From the NCBI GenBank assembly GCA_049620845.1, contig JBMZPN010000001.1:16664-80663 (forward strand): a DNA stretch of 64,000 bases, in the 5' to 3' direction. Every line of letters begins with the position of its first letter. Positions within the stretch are counted from its first letter, which is position 1. Made by a program: the position numbers and the translations under genes. The stretch comes from Candidatus Puniceispirillum sp. (lineage in GTDB: Bacteria; Pseudomonadota; Alphaproteobacteria; Puniceispirillales; Puniceispirillaceae). Below the pieces are notes generated by a model. The model was not told the origin of the DNA, searched no databases, and saw nothing but the letters and a program-made list of their open reading frames with translations. Of the stretch, positions 9,868-18,831 are shown piece by piece.

Positions 9868-9896
9868 GCATCTGTTATTCAGGCTTTATGTGACGC

Positions 9897-10886
9897 CTAG
9901 CTGGCTTTCTGTTGCGTCAGTTTTTCGCGATGGAATGTGTAGTAACCACCAGCGATGATGATCGCCGTGCCAATCCATGTCCAGTGATCCGGAAGCTGGC
10001 CAAATACAAGAAACCCGTACATTGTGCCCCAAATGATAAGGCTGTATTGAACTGGTGCCAGAACCACTGCCTGAGTTATTTCCAGTGCTTTGACAACAAA
10101 GATTTCAGATATGGCCGCAGATATGGTGATCGTAGCAAATAGTAGCAAATGAAGCGGTTCAGCAGGCCATTGCCAGAAAAAGGGTATTAACAAAGTCAGT
10201 AGGCAACTACCGGTCAGCGCTGTATAGGCCATGGTGGTCGATGTATTGTCCGTTGTGCTGAGATAACGGGATAGAACCTGCCGCGCGGCGAAAAGAGAGG
10301 CGGCAATAAAAACAAAGAAGATCGCCGGATGTACCGCACCTAAACCGGGTCTGATGATAATAAGTGTGCCGATAAAGCCGACAATCACCGCACCCCAGCG
10401 ATGAATGCCGACACGTTCCTTTAGCCATGTCGCCCCCAGAATGGTGACAATAAAAGGAGCGATAAAACCAACAGCAACAGCATCAGCAAGCGGAACAAAG
10501 CTGAGCGCCATGACAAAGCATAGCGGCGATATGGCCGCAAAGGTGCCGCGAAGTATCTGCAATTTTCTGTGGTCAGTTTGCAAGATATGCGTGCCGCGCA
10601 TAAGCAAAAGCACGATAACACCAATGAACAAACCGATTTGTCGCACCCAAACGATCTGCACGGGGTTAAAAGCTTCGGTGAGAAACTTTGCCTGCGTATC
10701 TACCGTGACGAACAGAAACATGCCAATCGCCATGAATAATAGCCCTTTGGCGGTCTGCTGTGGCTTTGCATATATGGGTGTTTGAACAGGTGGAACTGAA
10801 ATGGCGGTTGATCCCTGTGATGGGTAAATTCTTATGGTAAGCCGTGTTTCTTTCCGTGGCGGCACAAAAATGTGCCATAGCCACAA
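9897..10886 (-). CDS. DMT/EamA family transporter (start uncertain)
   Basis: 10 TM pattern, LKERVGIHRW, GTLIIIRPG, FGQLPD. Confidence 0.88.
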   Translation of the reverse strand: MWLWHIFVPPRKETRLTIRIYPSQGSTAISVPPVQTPIYAKPQQTAKGLLFMAIGMFLFVTVDTQAKFLTEAFNPVQIVWVRQIGLFIGVIVLLLMRGTHILQTDHRKLQILRGTFAAISPLCFVMALSFVPLADAVAVGFIAPFIVTILGATWLKERVGIHRWGAVIVGFIGTLIIIRPGLGAVHPAIFFVFIAASLFAARQVLSRYLSTTDNTSTTMAYTALTGSCLLTLLIPFFWQWPAEPLHLLLFATITISAAISEIFVVKALEITQAVVLAPVQYSLIIWGTMYGFLVFGQLPDHWTWIGTAIIIAGGYYTFHREKLTQQKAS

Positions 10887-11219
10887 ACAGCCTAAGTTTC
10901 ATTAGTGACCTATTTACACCCCACGTCAATGATTCGGCGACTATCTTCTGATGAGGCTCCTGATGGGGCTGGTATACGGCAAAGTGCCTGTAAGGCGGTG
11001 CCAAACTGTAATGATGCGCATTTTCTTAAAATGGGTAAAAACAGAATAAAATACCAACTCATGAGAATAATATAAAAATTTTATCTATTTGCATGGTTTA
11101 TTGCTTTAATTTTGCGAAAAAAATTCTATCTAACAGGCATAAATCGATGCAGGTCGGGGACGGCCTGTGAGGACATATAAAAGCCCATATCGGATATGGC
11201 TATTGATGGAGATGATCCG

Positions 11220-12197
11220 ATGCAGATATCAGCAAAACAATTCGCCGCAAAGCTGCTTATGCTAGCAACGCTTATTCTGGCACCAATCACCGCATTTGCG
11301 ACGCCGCTGGTCTCGTCCGCGTGGCTGTCACAGCGTCTTAATGACGATAATCTTGTGGTAATCGATCTGCGCAACAAGATTGATAAAGGCAGCTATGAAA
11401 CATTTCTCGATGGCCATATCCCGGGCGCGATACATTCGGATTATCTGACCGATGGCTGGCGCGTGGGTCGCGATGGCGTAGTTGGCTTGCTTCCCGATGC
11501 AGCGCAGTTTGAAAGCCTGGCCAGACGGCTTGGCGTGTCGGCATCTACGCATGTTGTGATTGTACCGGCTGGCGTTTCATCAACCGATTTTGGCAGTTCA
11601 GCGCGTGCCTATTGGACATTCAAAGTCTATGGTCATGAGAATGTGTCAATCCTTGATGGCGGCTTTGCCGACTGGCAGACAGCCTATCCTGAGCAGATTG
11701 AAACAGGTCCATTTGTAGCTCCTGAAGCTGGCGATTTTGTTGCCCAGTTCCAGTCAGAGATTTATATCGGCACCGAAGATGTGGCCAGCTATGTCGCGAA
11801 TCCGGGTGAGGCTGTGCTGATAGACGGACGCAATACAAGCCAGTTTTACGCCGAAGCCAAGCATCCAAAGGCCGAGAAAGCCGGCCGCATCCCATCGGCT
11901 ATCCTGATGTCGCAGGCTGATGCCTATGCTGATGACAGCAACCGGCTGAAAAGTAGAGATGATCTGGCAGAGATTTATGACGATCTTGGCGACCAGACTA
12001 TCGTTAGCTATTGCAATACAGGTCATTGGGCGGCGACAAATTGGTTTGTGATGTCAGAAGTTCTTGGTCTTGATAATGTCCGGCTCTATGATGGTTCTAT
12101 GGTCGAATGGACAGCGAATAGTGATCTGCCACTTGATACATCGGCCATGTCGAACATGGACAAGTTGAAAAAGCTGATGGGCGACCTGCTGGGTTAA
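11220..12197 (+). CDS. Secreted tandem-domain rhodanese / sulfurtransferase
   Basis: Signal peptide (AFA|TP), GHIPGA, ILDGGF, active-site loop YCNTGHWA, LYDGSMVEW; GGAG RBS. Confidence 0.92.
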   Translation: MQISAKQFAAKLLMLATLILAPITAFATPLVSSAWLSQRLNDDNLVVIDLRNKIDKGSYETFLDGHIPGAIHSDYLTDGWRVGRDGVVGLLPDAAQFESLARRLGVSASTHVVIVPAGVSSTDFGSSARAYWTFKVYGHENVSILDGGFADWQTAYPEQIETGPFVAPEAGDFVAQFQSEIYIGTEDVASYVANPGEAVLIDGRNTSQFYAEAKHPKAEKAGRIPSAILMSQADAYADDSNRLKSRDDLAEIYDDLGDQTIVSYCNTGHWAATNWFVMSEVLGLDNVRLYDGSMVEWTANSDLPLDTSAMSNMDKLKKLMGDLLG

Positions 12198-12233
12198 AGC
12201 CGGCATAGATCAGCTAGATGAAGTGGACTGGTA

Positions 12234-13390
12234 ATGCAAAAATCCACAGCTAAACAAGATAAAGCCCCGGCATCGCAGGACGTCGGGTCTTTTTTTCGAC
12301 ATAGCGAAAGATCCCTGTTCGTTTCGATTCTGATATGCGGATCTATACTGGCGGGTCTGGCTTTTCTTGATAGTGGTCAGCATGGCCTTAGCCTTGTCGG
12401 GCTGGGTATTGCGCTTGGCATCACCTTTAATGGGATTTCAATATGGCTTTGCATCTGGCTGGCGCCGGTTTCTGCAAACAGGCGATGGCAGTGCGGTCAG
12501 CCTGCATTTCATTCTGGCAGCCTTATGCGCATTGGTCTTTATTCCGGTAACGGCATCAGGCCTTGGCCCAAGCGGATCATTGGCACCGGTGTCATTATCG
12601 CTGTTTGTCGGTGCATTCATGTTTGGTGTTGGCATGCAGATGGCCAATGGATGTGGTTCAGGCGTTCTGTTCAGCTTTGGTGGCGGGTCTGGCCGGATGA
12701 TTGTGGCCTTGCCATTTTTTGTGATCGGATCGGTTATCGGTTCGGTCATTCTGCCGGCCTTTCTGGAATTGGGATCGCTTGATCCGATTGAGATCGGCGC
12801 CGATCTTTCGGTAGCGGGCAAGCTGGGGCTTAATTTACTGCTTTTGCTTGCTGCCGCCGGCCTGTTTTTCTGGTTTGGCCGCCAGCGCGGCTTTCATCTG
12901 TCAAAGCGCATGCTGGGGGCAACAATTCTGATTGCGGTACTTTGCTGGGCTGTCTTTATGGTATCGCGACATCCGTGGGGGGTGACGTTTGGTTTCACGC
13001 TATGGGGTGCCAAAATAGCCAGCCTGATCGGACTGCCAATCGAGCAAGCGGCGTTCTGGAACTGGCCAGGCCCGCAACGTGCGCTCAAACATTCGGTGCT
13101 TTCGGATACAAGCAGCCTGATGGATTTTGCGATGATTGTGGGTGCTGGACTTGCGGCGTCGCTGTCAGGTGCTTTTGGCAAGGCTAGCTGGCCAAATGCG
13201 CCACAGCTTTTTGCCGCAGCAATCGGCGGGAGTTTTGATGGGAATTGGGGCAAGACTGTCGTTTGGCTGTAATATTGGGGCCTTTCTTGGTGGAATTGCC
13301 TCTGGCTCATTGCATGGCTGGATCTGGTTTGCGATGGCGATGGCAGGTAGTGTGCTGGGCATCCGGCTTCGGGCAGTTTTCGGCTTTTAG
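12234..13390 (+). pseudogene. YeeE/YedE family sulfur-compound transporter, split by two +1 frameshifts (pseudogene or sequencing error)
   Basis: Three consecutive frames give GIALGIT / LMGFQYGFASGWRR...GMQMANGCGSG...PWGVT...AAAIG / GVLMGIGARLSFGCNIGAF. Extra bases at TTT 12426-12428 and GGG 13228-13230; removing them gives 384 aa. Confidence 0.88.
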
Positions 13391-13399
13391 GATAATATC

Positions 13400-13573
13400 A
13401 TGGGCAGAACAGCGTCACATTTATTTACCCCGAAATTTATCTATGTGCTTTTGCTTTGCGTGCTTTTTGCGCTGGCCATTGCCGATCATATGACCAGCCC
13501 AGTTTTGCCAGATATTGGCGCACCTAGTGATTTGGGCAATGCCTGCGCACCCTGTGGCGCCCCATGTAAATAA
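13400..13573 (+). CDS. Small 57-aa single-TM protein with C-terminal CxxCxxxC
   Basis: Manual translation MGRTASHLFTPKFIYVLLLCVLFALAIADHMTSPVLPDIGAPSDLGNACAPCGAPCK; AGGA RBS overlapping the yeeE stop; below the ORF-track size cutoff. Confidence 0.7.
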   Translation: MGRTASHLFTPKFIYVLLLCVLFALAIADHMTSPVLPDIGAPSDLGNACAPCGAPCK

Positions 13574-13712
13574 TCATAATATCTTGATCCGCAATATGTA
13601 ATAGCCAGCATATGGTGCATGGGACAGCATATTGCCCATTATCGCCATGCACCAGCATCTTTGCGTGATGTTTATGATCTGGCTTGCTTTATATTAGGCG
13701 CTTTGATTACAT

Positions 13713-16058
13713 ATGCGCATGGACGAAAAAATTATGACATCTTCACCCCATGACAATCTGCCCTTAACCAGCACGCATTGGGGCACCTACCGTGTCGAGG
13801 TGGCTGATGGCAAGGTTGCGGCGCTGCATCCGTTTGATGCGGATAGCGATCCGTCACCTATCGGTACAGGTATCGTTGACGTGCTGGATGCGCCAACGCG
13901 GATCAAAATGCCGATGATACGCAAAAGCTGGCTGGAGCAAGGCCCGGGCGCGGCAACCGATAAACGCGGGCAGGATCCCTTTGTGCAGGTTTCATGGGAT
14001 GAGGCAGAGGCACTGGTTGCCAATGAGCTGAACCGCGTCAGGCAAGATTTTGGCAATAGGTCAATCTTTGGCGGTTCCTATGGCTGGGCAAGCGCCGGAC
14101 GGTTTCATCATGCGCAAAGCCAGCTGCATCGTTTTCTGAACTGCATTGGTGGCTATACGCGGTCGGTCAACACCTATAGCTATGCGGCGGCTGAAGTGAT
14201 TCTGCCGCATGTGCTGGGTAGCTTTGGTGGCATGATGTATGGCCAGACAAGTCTGGAATCAGTTGCCAGATCAACAGAATTATTTGTCAGCTTTGGCGGC
14301 TTTCCGGCGCGTAATTGCCAGATTGCCAGTGGCGGCACTGGCGATCACAGTCAGGTCGGCCTTATGGAAAAGGCACGGCAAAGAGGCGCCGAATTTATTT
14401 CGGTGTCGCCAATCCGTTCGGATATGCTTGCGCGCGTTGATGCCGAATGGCTGGCGGCGCGACCCGGAAGTGATACGGCAATCTTGCTGGCACTGGCACA
14501 TTGCCTGCTAACTGAAGATCTGCATGATCCCGAATTTCTGGCACGTTATACGAATGGGTTTGATGTATTTGCAGCCTATGTGACCGGAGTCAGTGACGGG
14601 GTGCCAAAATCTGCTGAATGGGCGGCACCATTGTCAGATATTCCGGCTGATACAATTCGGACGCTGGCGCGGCGAATGGCATCATCACGGACAATGCTGT
14701 CGGTAAGCTGGTCGCTGACCCGACAGGATCATGGCGAACAGCCTTATTGGGCGGCGATTGCGCTGGCGGCGATGCTGGGGCAGATTGGCATGCCGGGTGG
14801 CGGCATCGGTTTTGGTTATGGTGCGACCAATTCGGTTGGTATGCATCGCCAGATGCTGAGCTTTGCCGCGCTACCGCAAGGCAAGAATGCGGTTGAAGAT
14901 TTCATTCCCGTTGCGCGTATTTCAGAGATGCTTTTGAAACCGGAAACCGACTTTGTCTATAATGGCGGTCGTTACACCTATCCGGATATCCGGCTTGTTT
15001 ACTGGGCTGGTGGCAATCCATTCCACCATCATCAGGATTTGCAACGGCTTCTGAAAGCATGGCAGAAACCCGACACCGTGATTGTGCATGAATGGTGCTG
15101 GAACACGCTGGCCAAACATGCCGATATCATATTGCCTTGCACGACGCATCTGGAACGTCCTGACATCATGCTGAATCCGCGTGATCCCTTTATTGTCATG
15201 ATGGAACAAGTGATGCCGCCTGTTGGCGAAGCGCGAAATGATTATGATATTTTTGCCAATATAGCCCGGCATATGGGGGTTGATGCGGCCTTTACCGAGG
15301 GACGTGACATGATGGCCTGGCAAGAATGGATGTATGAAACATCTCGTGGCATGGCCGCTGAGAAAGGTGTGGCCTTGCCCGATCTTGACAGTTTGAAGCA
15401 GGCGGGCTGGGTGAAGGTCGATGCGCCAGACAAACCGCATATCATGATTGGCGATTTTATCGAAAATCCGGATCAGAACCCGCTGAATACAGCTAGTGGC
15501 AAGATCGAAATCGTTTCACAGACGATTGCCAATTTTGATGAAGATATGAATTGTGCACCGCATCCTGTCTGGCGCGAACCGACTGAATGGCTTGGTAATG
15601 CGGGCGCGGCGTTTCCACTACATCTGATTTCCAATCAGCCGCACACCAAATTGCATTCGCAACTTGACCATGGAAGCCATAGCCGCGCGGGTAAAATCGA
15701 TAAACGCGAGCCTTTGACAATGCATCCAGATGATGCCGCCATGCGTGGTTTGCATGATGGCGATCTGGTGCAGGTTTTTAATGACCGTGGTATTTGTCTG
15801 GCGGTTCTGGTGGTAAGTGATGATGTGCGACGCGATGTGGTGCAGATGGCAACTGGCGCGTGGCTGGATCCGATGATGACGGCGGAGGGCAAGCTGTTAT
15901 GCAAGCATGGTAATCCGAATGTTTTGACGCATGATCTGGGCACGTCAAAAATGACCCAAGGCCCTGCGGCGCTGTCATGCCTTGTCGAGGTTAAGAAATA
16001 TGATGCTACGCCCCCACCGATGACAGCGTTTGACCCGCCGGAGATTATAACGCGCTAG
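13713..16058 (+). CDS. Molybdopterin oxidoreductase, DMSO reductase family, BisC-like (cytoplasmic S-/N-oxide reductase)
   Basis: STHWG, PMIRKSWL, GSYGWASAGRFH, TYS (Ser ligand), WAGGNPFHHHQD, KLHSQLD, GNPNVLT; no Tat leader. Confidence 0.92.
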   Translation: MRMDEKIMTSSPHDNLPLTSTHWGTYRVEVADGKVAALHPFDADSDPSPIGTGIVDVLDAPTRIKMPMIRKSWLEQGPGAATDKRGQDPFVQVSWDEAEALVANELNRVRQDFGNRSIFGGSYGWASAGRFHHAQSQLHRFLNCIGGYTRSVNTYSYAAAEVILPHVLGSFGGMMYGQTSLESVARSTELFVSFGGFPARNCQIASGGTGDHSQVGLMEKARQRGAEFISVSPIRSDMLARVDAEWLAARPGSDTAILLALAHCLLTEDLHDPEFLARYTNGFDVFAAYVTGVSDGVPKSAEWAAPLSDIPADTIRTLARRMASSRTMLSVSWSLTRQDHGEQPYWAAIALAAMLGQIGMPGGGIGFGYGATNSVGMHRQMLSFAALPQGKNAVEDFIPVARISEMLLKPETDFVYNGGRYTYPDIRLVYWAGGNPFHHHQDLQRLLKAWQKPDTVIVHEWCWNTLAKHADIILPCTTHLERPDIMLNPRDPFIVMMEQVMPPVGEARNDYDIFANIARHMGVDAAFTEGRDMMAWQEWMYETSRGMAAEKGVALPDLDSLKQAGWVKVDAPDKPHIMIGDFIENPDQNPLNTASGKIEIVSQTIANFDEDMNCAPHPVWREPTEWLGNAGAAFPLHLISNQPHTKLHSQLDHGSHSRAGKIDKREPLTMHPDDAAMRGLHDGDLVQVFNDRGICLAVLVVSDDVRRDVVQMATGAWLDPMMTAEGKLLCKHGNPNVLTHDLGTSKMTQGPAALSCLVEVKKYDATPPPMTAFDPPEIITR

Positions 16059-16067
16059 ACCACGCTG

Positions 16068-16352
16068 CTATCGTGATTGTGGTTTCAGGCTGGCACCTAA
16101 AACAGCTTTGGTATCCATTTTTCTGTCAAGTCTGCGGGCTAGGGATTCGGATGATTGCGTGGCAGCATCGCGTTCCTGTTCATAACAGAACAAGCATAAT
16201 TCCACGCCCCGCCCCGAAGCGGTTGTAACTATGGCGGTGGGAATTGTTTCATCAAAATCGGGATGCGGATTTTCGGTGCGCCCGCAAAACTCACAGCGGG
16301 CATCGGGTTTGCCATAACCAAAGCGGGGTGTGGGTGCGAGTCGAGAGGTCAA
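16068..16352 (-). CDS. Small hypothetical protein with two CxxC pairs (putative Zn-binding)
   Basis: CEFC...HPDF...CLFC; probable TTG start at 16352 after AAGG, just downstream of the DMT stop. Confidence 0.65.
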   Translation of the reverse strand: MTSRLAPTPRFGYGKPDARCEFCGRTENPHPDFDETIPTAIVTTASGRGVELCLFCYEQERDAATQSSESLARRLDRKMDTKAVLGASLKPQSR

Positions 16353-16362
16353 TACCAGTGCC

Positions 16363-17277
16363 TTACGGTTGTGATGAAAGCGCCATGCGGCTGGTGCGCA
16401 CCACATGAAAAATCAGAACACAAAGTACAAACAGACTGCCAGCAATCATAGTTGCGGTCGGACGTTCGCCTATGCCAAGCCAGACCCAGAATGGCCCAAT
16501 TACCATTTCCAGTAACATCACAAGGCTGACAATAGCCGAGCTGGTATAGCGCGGGGCAATGCCAAGACAGGTAAAGGATAGCGGTAGGATGAGCATTCCC
16601 ATGACAACAATTGTCCATGTCGGCGCGGTAAAGATGGTGCCTTCAGCACTAAGCGCAAAGCCGACAACGCCACTGAGCAAAGACCCTAGCGCACATGCGG
16701 GCAGAATGCTCAAAGACGGATATTTGCGGGTCACCGTAAAGGTCAAGGCCAACCCAAAGGCGGTGACAAGGCCAAAGATTGCCCCCAGCCATACCGAACC
16801 CTCTGGCTGGCCAAGGGCATTGCCGCCATCCATAACAACAATCACAACACCCAGCATGGCAAGTATGATGGTGAGCCAGCCAAGCCAGCCCTGTTTTTCG
16901 CCAAGCATGAAAAAGGACAGCATAGCGGCAACCAGTGGCATCAGCGCCACAGCGGTCAGAACAACAATAACCGAGGTTTCGGCTATTCCCAGCGTGAAGG
17001 TGATCGAATTTAACCCGAAAGCAATAATCACCAGAATGCCTTGCCATGACCCGAGGCTGCGCAGTTCCTGTATGCGGTTCTGACTTGGAAATAACCGCCA
17101 GATAAAGAGCAGAGTGACACCCATCAACACGCCGCGCCAGCCCATCATCGGCCATCTTTCAAGTCCGGAAAGCCGCATGACCAAGGTGTCGGGTGTCAAA
17201 ATAAGCACGCCCAAAACGGCCAGCAAAATACCAAAGACAGCTGGATTATAATGGCTTGTAAAATTGGAAAAACGCAT
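16363..17277 (-). CDS. DMT/EamA family transporter
   Basis: LILTPDTLVMRL, LGEKQ, LLEMVIGPFWVW..GERP. Confidence 0.88.
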   Translation of the reverse strand: MRFSNFTSHYNPAVFGILLAVLGVLILTPDTLVMRLSGLERWPMMGWRGVLMGVTLLFIWRLFPSQNRIQELRSLGSWQGILVIIAFGLNSITFTLGIAETSVIVVLTAVALMPLVAAMLSFFMLGEKQGWLGWLTIILAMLGVVIVVMDGGNALGQPEGSVWLGAIFGLVTAFGLALTFTVTRKYPSLSILPACALGSLLSGVVGFALSAEGTIFTAPTWTIVVMGMLILPLSFTCLGIAPRYTSSAIVSLVMLLEMVIGPFWVWLGIGERPTATMIAGSLFVLCVLIFHVVRTSRMALSSQP

Positions 17278-17339
17278 AGCTATGCCTGTTATTATCTGGC
17301 AGCACGTTAGCATGCAATGCAAGGCGGGTGAAGCGTGAC

Positions 17340-17801
17340 TTAATCGGTATAGTCAACGCCGATCATCTCGCAGCGGGAAATATCCTTTAGCTGGTCGAGC
17401 TGGTCATTCACCGTGCTGACCCATGTTTCATGGCCAAGCTGTTTCATCATTTTACCGGAGATGGTTTGCAGAATTTTGGAACATTGACCTGTATCACCGC
17501 CACCAAGGCCAGTGGCATCTTCGCCACAATGCGCGTTGGAATTGCCCATGCTTTTGCCAGCATCATCGAATAGTAACAGTGATACGCCGGAGATCGCTCG
17601 CGGCGCCGTATTTTTGATCTGTGTCGACAGGACATAAATTGTGGCAACGCCGACTTCGTCATCCTGAAACATGACGCGCACCGCGCAAGGCACAGATTTG
17701 GACTTGGCCAAAACAGGCTGGGGCAGACCAGCGACAAGACCCAATCCCAGCACCAGCATATAGCCCAAAAAACGGCTTTGGCGTATTTTACCCAAACGCA
17801 T
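17340..17801 (-). CDS. Hypothetical exported protein, possible FxLYD-like Ig domain
   Basis: Signal peptide, 4 Cys, KNTAPRAISGVSLLLFDDAGKSMG pattern; GAGGG RBS. Confidence 0.6.
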   Translation of the reverse strand: MRLGKIRQSRFLGYMLVLGLGLVAGLPQPVLAKSKSVPCAVRVMFQDDEVGVATIYVLSTQIKNTAPRAISGVSLLLFDDAGKSMGNSNAHCGEDATGLGGGDTGQCSKILQTISGKMMKQLGHETWVSTVNDQLDQLKDISRCEMIGVDYTD

Positions 17802-17840
17802 TCAAACCCTCAGATCAATTCACAGCTGTGGCAAGACAAT

Positions 17841-18518
17841 TTATTTAACAAGACCGCGATAAATTCCTTTTTTCATCAATGGTTCAAGAAGTAATCTTTT
17901 TTCCTTATCTTCCCAGACAAATTGATCTTTGAGCATTTTCTTCTGCTTGATCCGCCCTATCACCTGGATATGGAGTGCAACTTCTTTTAAAACCACCTCA
18001 ATCTGTTCGGTCGCCTGTTTTGCCTCTGGCGCTTCAATATATTCTTTATCCATTGCCGCTTTGATCCGTTGTAAGGAATCAGCTTTTATAGCAGTGGCTT
18101 TATTGATGGCAGTTGTCCGCAACTGGTCAACTTTTTCACTCAATGCCTCAAGTTGTTCAAAAGTTGGCTTTGGTATTTTCACATCCAGCATGTTTGTTCT
18201 GCCGACACGGGCAACTCTGTTAAAGCCGCTCTCCTTGATGATATTTACAATTGGATCAAGAAGTTCGTCGCGTTTAACAACAACACGCACAGATTTCCCC
18301 TTGGTAAATTCATCGTAAATCATCTCGACGAAATCACTTACGCGTCTGTTTTTTTTATCAACTTCAATTTGTTGCGCGTTTAGAGCTTTCTCGACAGCAT
18401 CATCAGTACCAAGATCTTCGAGATCTTCGATGAACTTATCAAGGATATCTTCAATCCGCGCTTTTGTAGCAAGTGAATAGGAATCTTCGTTTTCTAAATC
18501 GGTTAACATACTTGCCAT
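17841..18518 (-). CDS. Divergent ribosome recycling factor (RRF)-fold protein
   Basis: Near-gapless manual alignment to E. coli RRF recalled from memory (R...F...T..A...L; V.IP..T.E....L...V; D.....KA......I; K near the C-terminus); conserved Arg motifs lost; strong AAGGAG RBS. Confidence 0.75.
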   Translation of the reverse strand: [225 protein letters not shown]

Positions 18519-18831
18519 GGCAAGTCTCCTTCCATCCTAACCTGTGTGCCTACCCTGATCCCGAAATAAGCAATTTGCAAGCAATTACCAGATGTTCAAC
18601 AAGGACATATTGCGAACCTGTTCTGCTTTATATAACCATATCAGTATATTATATATGAAAAATATATCATGTAAAATTATTGTCACTACGTCTTGAACGG
18701 CAATAAAGTGAAAACTTCAGCAAATTTGCGAAATTTTATAAAATCTGATCCAGAAATTCTCTTGTTCTGGGGTCTTTGGCCTTTGCAAAGCTATTTTATA
18801 TGAAAGCAGATTTCCGGACGTGATTATCAAA

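Noticed and set aside
17841-18518. Calling it the canonical frr gene
   Set aside because: It lacks the RTGRA and RNxRR motifs and the pyrH/uppS context, so no symbol was assigned.
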